In this document: positions 1 to 15,000 of the stretch, piece after piece
Position numbering within the stretch: the stretch's first letter is position 1
Layout of the letters: the number at the start of each line of letters is the position of its first letter
Program-made: the position numbers and the translations under genes
Source: an uncultured Methanosarcinales archaeon
Lineage (GTDB): Archaea; Nanobdellota; Nanobdellia; Woesearchaeales; DATDXC01
Length of the DNA stretch: 62,688 nt
Direction of reading: 5' to 3'
Assembly (NCBI GenBank): GCA_964510025.1
Contig: CAZDZV010000002.1
Location: 124,001-186,688 of the forward strand
The notes under the pieces: model-generated
Seen by the model: the letters and a program-made list of their open reading frames with translations, nothing else
Told to the model about the DNA's origin: nothing
The model's database searches: none

Positions 1-3000
1 TTTTCTGTTGATTCACTTATGTAGACGCCATGCTTGGAGGCGTTCACCAGTATCAGGGAAGTGAAGTTGTTCCCAGATGAGGCAGCTACGTATACCAGAT
101 GTTCGCTTGCATTATGTAATGTGATGCTTTCAAAGGCGTTGTTGTCGCTGCTTTCCAGATATATTATGCTGCTCGAGCTGTCCTCCATAGAGCCGCCTAT
201 GAAGGAGTTGTTGTCTGCATCATGTACAAAAATGCAGCCAAAAGAGGCGCCACAGGAATACAGGTCATTGTTCTGCAGCTGGTTGTGAGAAGACTGGACT
301 TCCAGCAGATAGTTTGAGCTGAACATTGTGTTATTGATTACATGATTATAGCTACCATGGAGACCCACAGCTGCGCTAGTCGCATATGAGATTGTATTGT
401 TTATTATCCAGTTGTCTGTCCCATCAACATATACGCTCGTATGCGATCCCAAACCGTCCTGGACGGTTATATTGCTGTCTCTCAATATATTATTGTCTGA
501 ACTGTCGAGATATATCTGATACCATTCAGTGAATGCATCGTCTATATCCTTAATATGGATCCGGGTTAAGTTATTATAGTGGCAGTCTTTAAGATAGACG
601 GCCATTGCACCCCCATAGTCATTATCCCCTCCCCAGTCATTTATTGTTATGTCCTCCAAGATGGATGAGTTTGTGCTGCTCAGCTTGACAGCAGCCCTGT
701 ATGAACCTACGCCGTTAGTGCTGTCCTCAAATGTGATGTTGTCTATGAGGCTGCTGTTGCAGTTGATCAGATATATTCCAGACTCAAACTGATAAATATC
801 GCCGTCCTTTACTGTTATGTTTGTGTGGCTGTCGGAATATACACCATAGTCTCCTGTCCCGGTGTTTCCTGTTATCCGGAAGCCGTTCATATCTAAGGTG
901 ATATTATCAGCAGCTATTGTGAAACATGTATCTGTGGTTTCGATATTATTTTGAAGGGTGTACACCGTATTCGGCTGGTCCAATGCGCCGCACACTGTAA
1001 GGTCTGGCGAAAGCGACAATGTAAAGACATGCTCAAGGTTGTTTCCAGATGCATTGTAGCTTACAGCAGCTGTCATATAGGTCTCATTTTCAGCATATAT
1101 CGTATGGTTGTTGTAGTAGTATTTTGTTCCTCCAAGGTTTATGTAGTCTGTTATCTCTGCCTGCTGGGTATAGCCTGTTGCATTTGTGGTCAGGTTAAAC
1201 TGGTAGATATCTGTAATGTTGTATGCTGTAACGTTTGCATTTATCACTATATTTCCGCCTGTATCATTTACATATGCCCTGTAGTACCACTTTCTGATGT
1301 AGTAGCTGTCTGCTGCAACATAGTCATCTGATGTAGAGAAGCTGCAGTTCAGGAATGTGTTGTTTGTTGTAGAGGTAAGATAGATGTCGTTTGAGGCTGC
1401 ATAGAACCAGCTGTCTATGAAGGTGTTGTTCCCTTTTCCGTCAATATATACTGCATAGTCCGGATCATCATCGTATGTGTTGGTGTTGGTATCCCTTATC
1501 CTGTTTCCGGTGCCTGAGCTTATGTAGATGCCATAGTCATATCCGTTATCCATTCCCTGGATCTCCAATTTTTCAGCATAGTTGCTGTCTCCGCTGATGT
1601 ATACCGCATATGCATCGTTGCTTGCGGACGGCGATCCCAGCAGCTGGCCAGTTGCATTGTTGAAGTTGCCGCTGATATAGATGCTGTAAGCATCATCATT
1701 TGAGGAGGTTATAGAGCCTGCTCCATTGACTCCGCCCTCATCGAAGAGGGTGTTGTTGGAGCCGGAGATGTAATACCCATATGATGCAAGAGTAGCACCT
1801 ACTACGCTCACATCATTGTCATTTGCCAGAACATTAAGATTTCCGCTAACAGAGACACCATAGGCAGTATCGCCCGATATTGTATCAAAGGTGCTTCCTA
1901 CCAGAGTATTATTGTTTCCTGAAAGTTCAATACCATAGGCTGCATCTGTTAAGCAAAAGACATCCAATACATCGCTCCTGTTTATTATGTTGTTATAGCC
2001 ACTGACATAGATTCCACCGGCATATTGGTTGCCGTCTACACCATAGCTATCTGCATCATATATGCTGTTATTATCACCATATATAAAGAAGCCATATGAG
2101 TTATCATTTGTAGAGCTTATGTATCCTGCATCACAGTCATCCACTATGCTGTTGTCGATATCCAGACTGAATCCTTTGACATCATCCGCGCCTGTGCCTT
2201 CAGCATAGATATAGGATACAGAGGCCCTTCTTATTGTGTTGTTGCTGCCCATAACAAAAATGCCTTCTGCAGCTGCAGAGCTCCTGCTCTTTGAATCCAT
2301 GCTTCCGGCCATATCCAGCATTGTATTGTTGCTGCCGTCTATCCAGTACAGATAGGTATTTACTGCGCCATTGCATTCATAGACATCTGTGTTGTTGATC
2401 AGGTTATAATTACCACCTATGTAGATGCCATAAAGGTCACCGTTGCTTGAATATGCAGATTCAATGGATCCGCTTCGCTCATGCTCACCAGGATTGGAGA
2501 TAATGTTATTGTTGCCGTTCACTTCGATTAAATAGACATTGTCAAAATCATCTGATCCGGAAGAGCCTAGATTGTCCATTTCATTGTCGATTAGCGTATT
2601 GTTGTTTCCCTCGATGTCCATGCCGTAAATGTAATCATCGCTTGATGTCAGGTAAGAAAAGTCGTTTGCAATTATCACATTGTCGTTGCCCGAGATGTAT
2701 ATGCCATAGATATAGCCTTCACAGCCGTTATTTGTGATATCGTTGTTGCGGATGGTCAGATAACTGCCATCAAGATTCATCACATAGCATTCTTCTCCGG
2801 AGCCGCCTGTGTAGGTTATGATATTGTCGGATATGTTTGCGTAGTCAACATCCAGGTCAAGCATATCATACCCAGTCATGGTATTGCTGTCAAAGTAGTT
2901 GCCGGTTATTGTGGTGTTATACAGCATCCTTCCTTCATCATATAGCTGGATGGCGATAAACTCGTCCCCAAACTGGTTGCTGTAGATGAGGTTGTTCCTT

Positions 3001-6000
3001 ATTGCTGAATGGTTGCCTTCTATGTAGATGGCAATAGCGCCTTCAGACTGGGTTATGGTGTTGCCATCCACATTGGCGTATAGGCCCCCGATCTCTATCA
3101 GCACCTGAGGATTAGAGTTTGTCTGGTTGTTCCTCACTATCGTGTTGTTGGAGACGTTTGAGTTGTCTCCATAGATTTCGATAATTCTTTCGCTGCCTTC
3201 ATATGAGTCTATAGTATTGTTGAATATTATGCTATTGTCTGTATAAATACGCATAACACTATATGAAGCAGATAGATTATCAAATAGGTTATCCCTTACG
3301 ACAAAGTTGCTACGAGAATCATCTGATGTTATGGCTCCAGACAGCAATGAGCTGAAACTGTTGCCTGCTATAGTGACATTTTCTGCAAATGTTTCAAAAT
3401 CAATGACATAGTCGTTGTTGTTCCCCAGATGGCTAAATGTGTTATGCTCTATAGTAACATTATACCCGTATACTAGCTGGATCTTCTGGTCCTCGCTGTA
3501 ATCATCATAAAACCTGCTGGATGAGATGTTGATGTTTCTGCATTCGGCAAGGTAGATGGCCTTTTCATTGTTCCTGCTGAAATTATTGTTGAAGATCATG
3601 TTGTCAGTGGTGTTGTCTGTAAAGGCTATGCCTTCTGCATCTCCGTAAACAACCCCGTTGCGGCCGTTGCGGCTTATATTATTGTAGGAGATTGTGAAAT
3701 TATTTCCATGGTTTACATATATCCCTGTATATGATGCATTGTAGATTATGTTGTTGTATATCTCCACCCCTGTCACATTCAGGTTATATTCCTCTGCAAA
3801 CTCCAGGCCATAATCACTATATGTATGCCTCATGACATTGTTCCTTATCCTGATGTTGGTGCCTGAGTCTATCCTGATGAAATTGTTGTAGTTGTAGTCA
3901 AGGATATTGCCCTCTATCAGCGCATCATCGCTGTTGTTCAGGTGGACAGCTATGGTCCTGTCATCCTGACTGAGCATTGTGATATTGCAGTTCCTGATCG
4001 TTATGTTCCTTGTGTCCTCGGAATATATGCCTGTGTCGACATCATCAATCCTCATATAGTAGTCCTGGCAGTCCAGCTCTACATCATCTGCTGTTATGTT
4101 CATGCAGACAATATAGTCAGGAGAGCCTGAAAGGATGACAGTATCCAGCATGTACAACGTGTTTTCTTCATCAAGGACAGAGCAGTTGGAGATATATTGC
4201 ACAGACTTTATCGAATATGATGTGAAGTGTGTGACATTGAAGCGGTATTTGCCAGTGTCATAGCTGATCTCCTCGCATACAGAAGCAGGGCATGCCTCAT
4301 AGCTGCCATCGTCATCCCAGTCCACGACTACAGATGGGCCTGACATCAATGTCGCAAAGGATATGTTTGCAGATGTGTTGAGGCCCTTGTCTGCTGATGT
4401 GTTTACAAAGGCGACAGTTGAGGCTATAGAGACTATATCGCTAAGGTTGGAGCCTGATGCGTAAAGTGATGAGTTGATGAACCTTATAGAGCCGTAGTCT
4501 GTATCATCTATATGCAGGGAATCGTTCTGCAGGCTGTACTCACCTACTGTTCCGTCCACAATATGATAGTTCAGCGGGACGTTATAGAATGTGTTGTTAA
4601 TTATCTTGGTTGCTGTGCCGTTTGAAATGTTGAATGCAGCAAGAGCCGTATCTGATACAGTTAGGTTGAAGAACCTATTGTTTCCAGCTGTATTTTCAGA
4701 ATAAACTCCATGTTTGGTTGCATTAGATAAGACCAAAGAACTCAAGTTATTGCCAGTTGAGCTTCCATCCATCCAGATCAGATGAGTTGCAGAAGTATTT
4801 ATTGTTCCTGATGTGAAAACGTTGTTATTTGAAGTATCGACTTCAATACAAGAATAGCTTCCTCCTGTTGAGCAGTTCCAGATGTTTAGATTTGTTAATG
4901 TGTTGTTGTTTGAGCTTGAGTCAAGATAGATTCCGTCCCAACTATTTGAATTTGCTGTTATATTTGTAAAAGTGTTGTTTGAGCTTGAGTCCAGATAGAT
5001 TCCCTGTGAATTTTCATTTGCTGTTATGTCTGTTAATTGGTTGTTGTTTGAACTTGAGTAAAGAAGGATTCCATAATCATAATTTGAATTTGCTGTTATT
5101 CCAGTTAGGTTGTTGTTTGAGCTTGAGTCAAATTCGATTCCATAATGACCATTTGAATTTGCTGTTATGTTTGTTAATTGATTGTTGTTTGAGCTTGAGC
5201 CAAGACGGATTCCATACTCATTTAAATTTGATGTTATGTCTATAAGATTGTTGTTTGAGCTTGAGACAAGATAGATTCCACGAACATTTGATTTTGATGT
5301 TATGTTGATTATATCATTCTCTTGATTATTCTTAAGGTAAATTCCACGATCAAAATCATAAATCTCTCCGTTTTTTATAGTAGATTCATTATATCCATCA
5401 GAATAAACACCATATCCATCATCGTCATCATCTCCAGTAATATTAAACCCATTCATATCCAAAGTCACATTATCAGCAGTGATCGTGAAGCATGTGCCCT
5501 CTATGCCTGTTATGTCAGACTGCAGTGTATAGTAGGTATTCGGCTGGTCCAATGCGCCGCACACTGTAAGGTCTGGCGAAAGCGACAATGTAAAGACATG
5601 CTCAAGGTTGTTCTCCTCTATTGTCAGATTGTAGCTTCTTGTGGACGCTGCATAGGTAGAGTTCACTGCATATACCGTATAGTTGTTGTAATAGGATCTT
5701 GTGCTGCCGTCACTTACGTACTCTGTAAGCTCTGCCCGCGGGGTATAGCCTGTTGAATCTGTCGTCAGGTTCAACACATAGTCATCTGTGACATTATAGG
5801 CAGTAACGTTTGCGTTTATCACTATATTTCCTGCTGTGTCATTTACATATGCCCTGTAGTACCACTTTCTTGTAAGGGTTGAGCAAGGAGACGGCGGACT
5901 ATCTGAGCAGCCCACTGTCTCTGAACCGTATGTCATATTTATGAATGTGGTGTTCCTGGCATCATAGTCTACTAGCACGTCGCTGGCTGCGCCGCATTCT

Positions 6001-9000
6001 GAGATATTGCCATCTGAGAAAATATTATTATAGTTGCCCACTGTCTGGCCTATGGATATTCCCTGCCAGTTGTCCTCTGCTATTATGGAGCTTATGTTGT
6101 TGTTGTCGCTGCCGTCTATCCAGATGCCCAAGCCGTTCTCGCCTGTATTGCTGTTCGTTGTTATCCCCTGGATGACATTGCTGTCAGAGTCCAATAGGTG
6201 GATACCTAGACCATCCTGGGGGCCCTGGTTAAAGCTGGAGGAGATATTTATAAGCGAGTTATTGTCGGAGCTGGACAGCTCTATGCCGTCAGCATTGGAA
6301 TAGGCTATGATATTTGTAAGGGTGTTGTTATGGCTGGAAGACAGATAGATGCCGGGGCTGCTCACATCCTCGGTATTGTTGTTGGCTGTTACATATTCCA
6401 GAAGATTATCATGGCTTTCTGAAAGGTATATGCCGAAATAGCTTGATTCTGATATTATGCTGCTGAGGTTGTTCTTCCTGTTGTTGTTCAGGCTGATGCC
6501 GTATTGGAAGCTGTAGATCTTGCCGTTTATCACCTTTGTTTCATTATAGCCATCTGCATGGATGCCGGAACCTGAATTGTCGCCTGTTATGTTGTAGCTG
6601 TTCATGTCCAGGGTTATGTTGTCGGCTGCTATCGTGAAGCATGTCCCTGAGATGCCTGTTATGTCCTGCTGGAGGGTATAGACGGTGTTCAGGCCCTCAA
6701 GCTCAACGCAGCTGTATAATGAGCTGTTCTCTACAGCCTTGTAGGTGGTGAAATGCGTCACATTGAATATGAACACCTGATCTGAGTAGTAAAGGTTGCT
6801 GCAGTAGCTGCATTCTTCAAATTTTGAATCATCGTCGTAATCTACGATCGCTTTTGGCTGGCTGAGACTTATTCCAGTGATGGTTATGTTGGCTGTTGTG
6901 TTGAATCCCTGCTCCTTGCTTGAATTCACAAAGACATTATTTTCTGTGATGGAGATGACCTCACTTAAATCAGTGCCCGATGCATATATCGACCTGTTCA
7001 AGAAAACGACCTTTCCGAAGCTGCTTTCCCAGTAAAAGACAGAAGCATTGTTCATATCATAACCCAGCACATCTGAATCATAGACATACCAGTCATAATC
7101 ATTTCCTTGTGTGCTAATCTGTGAAAAATTATTGCTGTCAGCACTAGAAACATTAATGCCGTATCTGTTGAAATCAGCAGTTATATTTGTGAAATTATTA
7201 TTCACACTTGAAGCTAACGCAACACCATCTAAAGTGTTGTAATTTGAGATCACGTCCCTAAAGACATTTCCATCGCTTCCGCTTATCAAATCAATTCCAT
7301 GCTGGCTGTTATTATTGGCAACAATGCCGATAAAGACATTACTATCTGAATCCTCGTCAAGCAAAATGCCCATGGAATTATTGTCTGCAGTTATAGCTGT
7401 AAGATTATTATTACCTGCAGAATCAAAATACATACCATATTGTGTATTTAGGTTAGCGACTACTGAAGTAAAATTATTGTAATAAGAGGAGACTATCATT
7501 ACCCCATAACCGTTAGAGTTTGCTGTAATGTTTTCTAGAGCATTATAATCTGAGCCTGAAATATAAGCGCCGTAGCCAAAATCATAAATCTGCCCATCTT
7601 TGACAGTCAGATTTTCATGTCCATCTACATAAACCCCATAACCTCCCTCATCGCCGGTTATATTAAAACCATTCATGTCCAGGGTTATGTTGTCTGCTGT
7701 TATGTTGAAGCATGTCCCTGAGATGCCTGTGATATCGTTCTGCAGGATGTAGACGGTGTTCGGCTGGGACAGCTCCTGGCATTCTATTGGCCTGGTGTTG
7801 TGCGCAATGAAGCTGCCGGTGCTGCTTGCTTTAAGTCCGGTGGCATCTGATACATTTATGGTCCAGGTCCACAGGCCATCGCTGCTGACATTGGTAGCGG
7901 TTGAGTTCCACCAGTCGCCGCTGCTGGTTCCGTTGGCCTGGTCCAGCAGGCTTTCTGATGAGTTAGCCAATGTGAAGTTCACCCAGATGATGTCGCTGTC
8001 CTCATCTGTGACATTTGCTGTAATGGTGACATTATAGAAAAATAAGGGGGTCTCTGGATATGTATAGTTGGAGTTTATCACAGGATAGCTGCAACGGAAT
8101 TTAGTGTAAGCAGGATCAAAGGTGCCTGTTATCGCAGATCCTGTACAGTTTGTGAAATCCAGGGTGATTATGCCTTGTTGGTCTACATTTGAGGAGGCAT
8201 TATAGGTTCCTGTCAGGCTCAATAGCTGAGATGTGAAGTTTATCCTTGCTGTAGAGCCGTTGTATCCTGTTGCCGTTACATTGCCGGTGGAATTGATGAT
8301 TATTGTGGCATTCATGTATATTGTGCCGGCGGTGCCGTAGGCTGCATCAGGCGTGGCATCATCGCTCTCTACACCGCCATTATTGACTATCAAGCCCGGG
8401 AAACTGAGGGTATTTGAATGCAGGGCGATCCTGCCTCCTCCACCGCCGTAATATGTTCCGTCTCCTCCGTTAGCTATGATGGACCCATTCCCTGAAATAA
8501 CATCCGCCCTTATGTAGACACTACCGCCACTGCCTGCATAGTTATACCCCCCATTTGGCTTGCCGGAAACATCTATTGTCCCATTGATAGAGCAGTTGCC
8601 GCTCAGATTCAGGAAGATTGCGCCGCCGCCCCTTCCTGACTGTGTGGTACCACAGACCCCTTTTGCGCCTCCAAGGCTCAACGGCTGTTTTTCAGAGCCG
8701 TACAGCAAATCAGGCTCTTTTGTGCCATAGCCATTGAAGCCTCCATGATGTGCGTTGGGGCCTTGTCCTATGGTTGCGTTGCATCCGTCAAATCCCAGCC
8801 CTTTTCCGCTTATAGACGCACCTTCTTCGATATAGACATGGACAGCGTTTATGACAACACCTGCACCGTTTCCTTCGATTTGGTTGCTGCCATTGAATAA
8901 GGGCTGCACCTCCAGCGTAGCCCCGTTTGTCACAGCTAAAGTATGCAGAGTATAGTTGCCTCCAGCTAAGGCCATATCAGCCTTAACAGTAAGGTTCACA

Positions 9001-12000
9001 TTGGGCCCGTCTGAGAAGGAATATGTCCCTGCATGTTCGCTGGCATATCCTGCTACAGAGATAATGCCCAGAAATCTATCCGTGATAAACGTGTTTCTTA
9101 CCCTTCCTCCGCCTGCCCCGCCGTACTTAGAATAAGTAGGGGCCTTTGCGCTTATGGTCCCATTGCCTGAGATTTCCTGGGATATCAACCAGACGCTGCC
9201 TCCAGAACCGGAGCTGTAGCCTCCTGAATGCCTTCCGTCTGCAGACACTGAGCCGTTGATTTCAAGGTTTCCGGAAGCGTTGACAAAGACCACCCCTCCG
9301 CCCCTTGCGTCTGCAGTATACTGGCAGGTGGCCCCTGTTCCGAAATCCCTAGGGGCGGTTGCATTGCCATACATCTTGTTGTAAGTCTGCCCGCTGTAGG
9401 GTCCGCCGTGGTGGGCGCCCCACCACCATTGTCCAGGTCCATATTGGCACATCCAACCCAGCCCATCGCCGGTTATCTCGCCCCCAGCATTTACGTGGAT
9501 ATTTTCAGCATCTATGCTTATGTTGCCCGCTTTTAGCTGGCCCCCGTTCTGGACAGTAATGTTGCCTGTGGCAGCTATCGCAAACCCGCATCCATGGTTG
9601 CTTCCAGAGCAGTTGGCAGTATCATTATATACAGATCCGCCGCTCTTTATGATAAGGTTGTTAAGATTGATATTGGTGCCGTCAGGGATATTATGGGCGG
9701 TGGTCACGTTGCATGTTGTCTGATAGTCTCCCTGATCGCATATTCTGACGGCAGAGACAGTGAAGTTCCTTGTCAGGGATGTGTTTATGTTGGTGGCATT
9801 GTCCCAGCATGTCACATTCCACAGGTAGAGGCCATTGCCAAAACCGGCAACAGTAGAGGAAGTATAGCTTCCGTTAGCAGAGGATATGTAGCTCTGGTTC
9901 ACTGTTCCGTTTATCGTCAGGTTGCACAGCAATGAACTGTCCAGGTTATCTGTAGCTGTCCAGTTGAACATTACATCCTCATCTGCCAAGGTCTCTCCTG
10001 CGCCCGGGTTATGCAGGCTGATAGAGGGCCTGACAGAATCAATATGGAAAGTGATATTGGTCTCATTAAACCCAAAATTTCCGGCTGTGTCGTTGCACCA
10101 TACATTCCAGGTATAGCTTCCGTTGGTCAGATTAAGGTAGAATGTGTCAGCAACACCTGAAGCAGGTGTGGTGTTTGTCAGGTTGGCAAGCCAGGTGCCG
10201 TTGAAATTCCCGTACAGGATGCAGGTATCCAGCGCAGTGTCATCAGTGGCATTATAGGTGAAAGACATATTCCCGTTGATATGCCAGCTGTTGTTCAGAG
10301 GGAATATAAGGCTTATTGACGGGGCAGCGGCGTCCAAAGAACTTCCCATGGTTATCACATGCTCAAGGTTGTTTCCAGATGCATTGTAGCTTCTGTTCGC
10401 TGCTTCATAGGATGGGTGTTGGGCAAATATGGTGTAGTTGCTAGGATAGGTGGTTGTTCCTGACTGGTTGAGATATTCTGTTATGGGAGTGAGCTGGGTG
10501 TAGCCGGATGAGTTCGTAGTCAGGTTGAAATGGTAGTCATCTGACCTGTTATAGGCAGTCACATTGATGCTGTCCAGCGGGTTTCCGGATGAGTCGTTGA
10601 TGTATGCCCTGTAATGCCACTTCCTGTAAACGCTTGTTGCAGATCCTGTATATTCATCGTCATAGGTAGCGTTCAGCATGGTAAGGTTGTCCGCATATTC
10701 TAGGACGTAGAGGTCGTATTCGTCTACATTCTCCATCAGGATGTTCTGGAATAGGTTATGGTCAGCAGTCCAGGAAACAATGCCCAGCACCTTGATGCCG
10801 TAGCCTGAGCTCTTGTTTATATAGACATCCCTGAATACAGTGTTCTCGCAGTCCCTGGCAAGATGGATGCATGAAAAGCTTGCTGAGACATTGCTGCAGT
10901 TCCACAGGTTGATGTTCTCGAACTCGTTGCCTATGATATAATTGTCATAAAGGTATATCTCCTCATAGCTGCTTGAATATGAGGTTACGTCCTTAAAGGT
11001 GTTATTGTAGCAGTAATCATAGAAATAGATGCCACGATAATTTTCATAGGTTGTCACATTTTCAAACCTGTTCCTGTCTGAGTGATATAACTGGATACCT
11101 GAATTTGAGCTGTTGTAGGCTATAATATTTGCTATTGAACTATCATCAGCATAGTAAAGGTACAGTCCAGTCATGCTGTTGGAAACATAGATATTGCTGA
11201 GATTATTTCCCTTGCCCTGGATATATAGCCCATTAACCCTATTTGAGCTGGATGTTATATTTGTGATAGTGGTGTTATCTGAATAATATAGCTGGATACC
11301 ATAGTTCCAATTTTCCTTGGTTGAAATGTTCCAGAGCTGATTATTATCTGAATAACGGAGGTATAACCCATTGTCTGTGGCGCTGAAATCAAAACTGGAG
11401 AAGCTTACATTGTTGTAGCTGCTGTAGTCCATATATAAGTTATAGTCATCATTGTAGCTGGCAGTGACATTTCTGAAGATATTATTATCGCTGTAGTACA
11501 GATAGACCCCATGATCCTGATTGGAGCTGGCAATGGTGTCCTCAACCAGCGCTTTGGAGGTCCTGTCAAGCATCAGTCCGCGGTATTGTGAATCAAGGTT
11601 GCATCCTGCCACTTGGGTATCATTTGCCATCACAAGCTCTATGCCGTATCCTGGCGAGGATGAAGACATCGTTATGTTGCAGTACCTGACTGTTGTGTTG
11701 GCTGCATGGGAGACGATTCCGGAAACTGCCTTTGTAGGAGCGAAAATTAGCAGGCTGTCAAAGGTGTTGTTCTTTGCTGTTCTGCTTATGTTTACAGCAT
11801 CTGAGACAGGATCATAGAGCTGCATACCATAGAAGCTGTTGTTGATAGCTGCGTCAAGATAGATGAGGTTTTTTGCTGAAACATTCAGGATGCCTGCCTT
11901 GAAGCTGTTGTTGGATGCAGAGCTTAGATGGATGCAGCTGTCAGCGCAGCTGTGCATATTGCTGTTCTCGACAAAGTTGCCATGGCTGCTGTTGATGTCA

Positions 12001-15000
12001 AGGCCGTATCTGGTGTTCTCGTATATTGTGTTGTTGGTAAGGTTGTTGCCGTCGCTCAGGTACAGGCGGATGCCATAATAGTTGAGCGTTGAAGTGATAT
12101 TTTGCAGTGTTGAGTTTGTCGTATTGTAGAAGTTCACTCCGCAGAGGGAGCGGCTCACATTGGCGTCCTGGTAGCTCACATTCAGGCAGTGCGAGCAGTA
12201 TATAACTCCGGCGTCAGGTATGCTGCCGAAATCATGGTTGAGAACGCTGGTGTTGAAATATATCTTGTAGCCGTCAACAAGGTTTGTGGTGGGGATGGTA
12301 TTGTTGAAATCAGCAGCCGAGCCGGCAACATACAAGTTATATGTGTTGAAGCTCATGCTGTTGTTCTCAAAGAAGTTTCCGCTGGAAGAGCCTATGTAGA
12401 GCCCGTATTCCTGGGAGTTGAGGGTGTTATTGAAGATGTAGGAGCTGGTTGCAGACTCAAGCTTTATGCCGTAGCCGCCCGAGCTGGACATGGTGATGTT
12501 GCAGTTCCTTATTGTCGTATTTGAGGCATTTGAGATGATGCCTGCAGCTGCCAGGTCTGGATTGGAGATGTAGTAGTTCATGCAGTCATAGGTCACGTTT
12601 TCTGCTGTAATCCGTATGCAGTCGCCGCTGTCCGGGACTATGTGGCCTGTCTGGTTAAAGACAATATTTGGCTCGCTGAGGACAGTGCAGTTAGAGGCTG
12701 CGCCTGTATAGTTCAGCGTGAAGACATGCAGCAGGTTGTTCTGGTAGTAGGTTATGTTGTAGCTTTGGTTAATCTGAGTGTAGCCGGGCTTAGATGCATT
12801 TATCTCATAGAAGTAGAAAGAAGTATCTGATGAGTTTGTATATTCGGTAAGGGTTCCTATGTTGGTGTAGCCGTCTTCACCTGTTGTCATGGATTCCGCA
12901 AGCTTGGAGCTGTTGTAGGCTTTGATATCTGCAAATCCCACAGGCGTTCCTGTGCTGTCATTGACATATGCCCTGTAGTGCCATTTTCTGACCAGGCTTG
13001 AGTCGCTGCCTATGCTTTCATTGTCATAGGTAACGTTCAGGAATGTGTTGTTCAGCGCGTAGGTCTCAAGATAGATGCTGTAGCTGTTGGTGTTCTCTAT
13101 CAGGATATCCTGGAAAAGGTTGTTGTCAGCTCTTGTAGTTGAATATTGGCCATTAATCCAGATGCCATAGGAGCTGCTGCCATTTATATGGATATCACGG
13201 AAGATGCTGTCCTGGATCTCATTCTCTATATAGATGCATGCATATTCTCCAGCTGAAGAGCAGTTCCAGATGCGGATGTCTGAGAAAATACTGTCAACTG
13301 GCGTACTTGATTCAATGAACATGGAATATCGGGCATTTGAGCCTGCTGTTATGTTGCTGATCTCATTCCCATCAGAATAGCCAGACCATAGCCCGTCGGT
13401 ATTGTTGAACAAGGAGATATTGTCAAGGGTATTGCCATCACAATATGACATATATATGCCCGTGTTACTGTAGTGGGCTGTGATATTTGTAAGATTGTTG
13501 CCGTCTGCATATTGCATATAGAGCCCGTAGGTATTGTTAGAGGTGTAGATCTCGCTGAAATTGCTGTAGGAAGACCAATCAATATATAAGCCATAGGTGC
13601 TGGATTTCACTGAGATATCCTTATAGCTGTTCATGTTGGAATAGTCATTTATTTTCAGGCCCATGTAAGAATTAGAGCTGCTTATGTTTGTAAATTTAGA
13701 ATTGTCTGTGTCTGTGATGATCAGGCCGTTATTCTGGAATCCTGAGTCTATGGTTATGTTGGTAAGATTTGAGCTATCTGCATTGCATAGGATAAGCAAT
13801 GAATATTTTTCATTGGATAGATTGACAGAGCTGTTGTGGTAGGCAAATCCGTTGGTGCCTGTCACTGTTATGTTCTCGAAAATCTGGCTGCAGTCAGCTG
13901 CTGAACCATCATCATTGGAAATATCCATCTGCTCATTTTCAATGCAGGTCAGGTTGTAGAACTCATTGTAATATGCACTTACATAGTCTATACCATAGTT
14001 TGAATTGCGGCTTGCTGTTGAGTTCTTGATTATGGTGCGATAGACAGATGAGGTAAGATAGAATCCCCTTGTATTGCCATCTGAGGTCACATTCTGAAAG
14101 ATATTATCGTTTGAGCCAGAGACATAGATCCCGGTTCCGGTGTTGTTTATGGCAGATATACCCCTTATGGTATTGCTGTTGGACTCATCGTACAGCCTAA
14201 CCCCGTTATTGTTATATGTGAAACTGGATGACGCAACTGTATTCTGGGTGCATTCATCATATATATAGGTGCCATAAACATTTCCTCCGGCATTTATGTC
14301 TGTAAAAACATTATAATCACATCTAAATCTGAGCTCAATGCCGTACTCTTCATTGTCATTGGCGTGTACCTGGTTGAAGTGGTTGCTGTCACTATAATAC
14401 AGCTCTATGCCGTTTTCCATGTTGTAGTTCGTGGTTATGTTTGTGAAGTTGTTGGTTCCTGCAATATAGAGGTATATGCCGCTCTTGCTGTTGTTGCTTG
14501 CTGTAATATTTGTAAAATTATTATAATGTCCACTTATGTACAAGCCGTAATCTGTGCTGTTGATAACTGCTATATTCCTGAAATCATTATAGTATCCGTA
14601 CGAAGACATGTAGATTCCTGCCTGCGTATTGTTTATACAGGTTATATTATCAAAATCATTCAAACTCACGGGTGAAGCTAAATATATTCCAAGATTGCCA
14701 TTGTTTATTATAATACCTGTTATATTGTTGTAATAGCTGTATGTCATGTATATGCCTGCATAAGTCGTATTCTCTATGGTCATGGAAGATATTGTTGAGT
14801 AGTTGCCATCCAGATAGACACCTGCCCAGCTTGTATTAACCCTTATATTGGATATTGTGTAGTTTGAGACATCCTGAAGCCTGATGGAATTGCCCAAGTG
14901 GGTCAGATTGCAGTCTTTTATTGTTGATGAGTTTGTGTATTCTGAGAAGACCGCATATTGGCCGTCATTATAGGACAGCCCGTCAATGGTATGGTTCATG

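Noticed and set aside
967..5870. Possible diversity-generating retroelement TR/VR pair
   Set aside because: The repeats are either identical or differ at non-adenine-specific positions, both copies are coding, and no reverse transcriptase is in the window.
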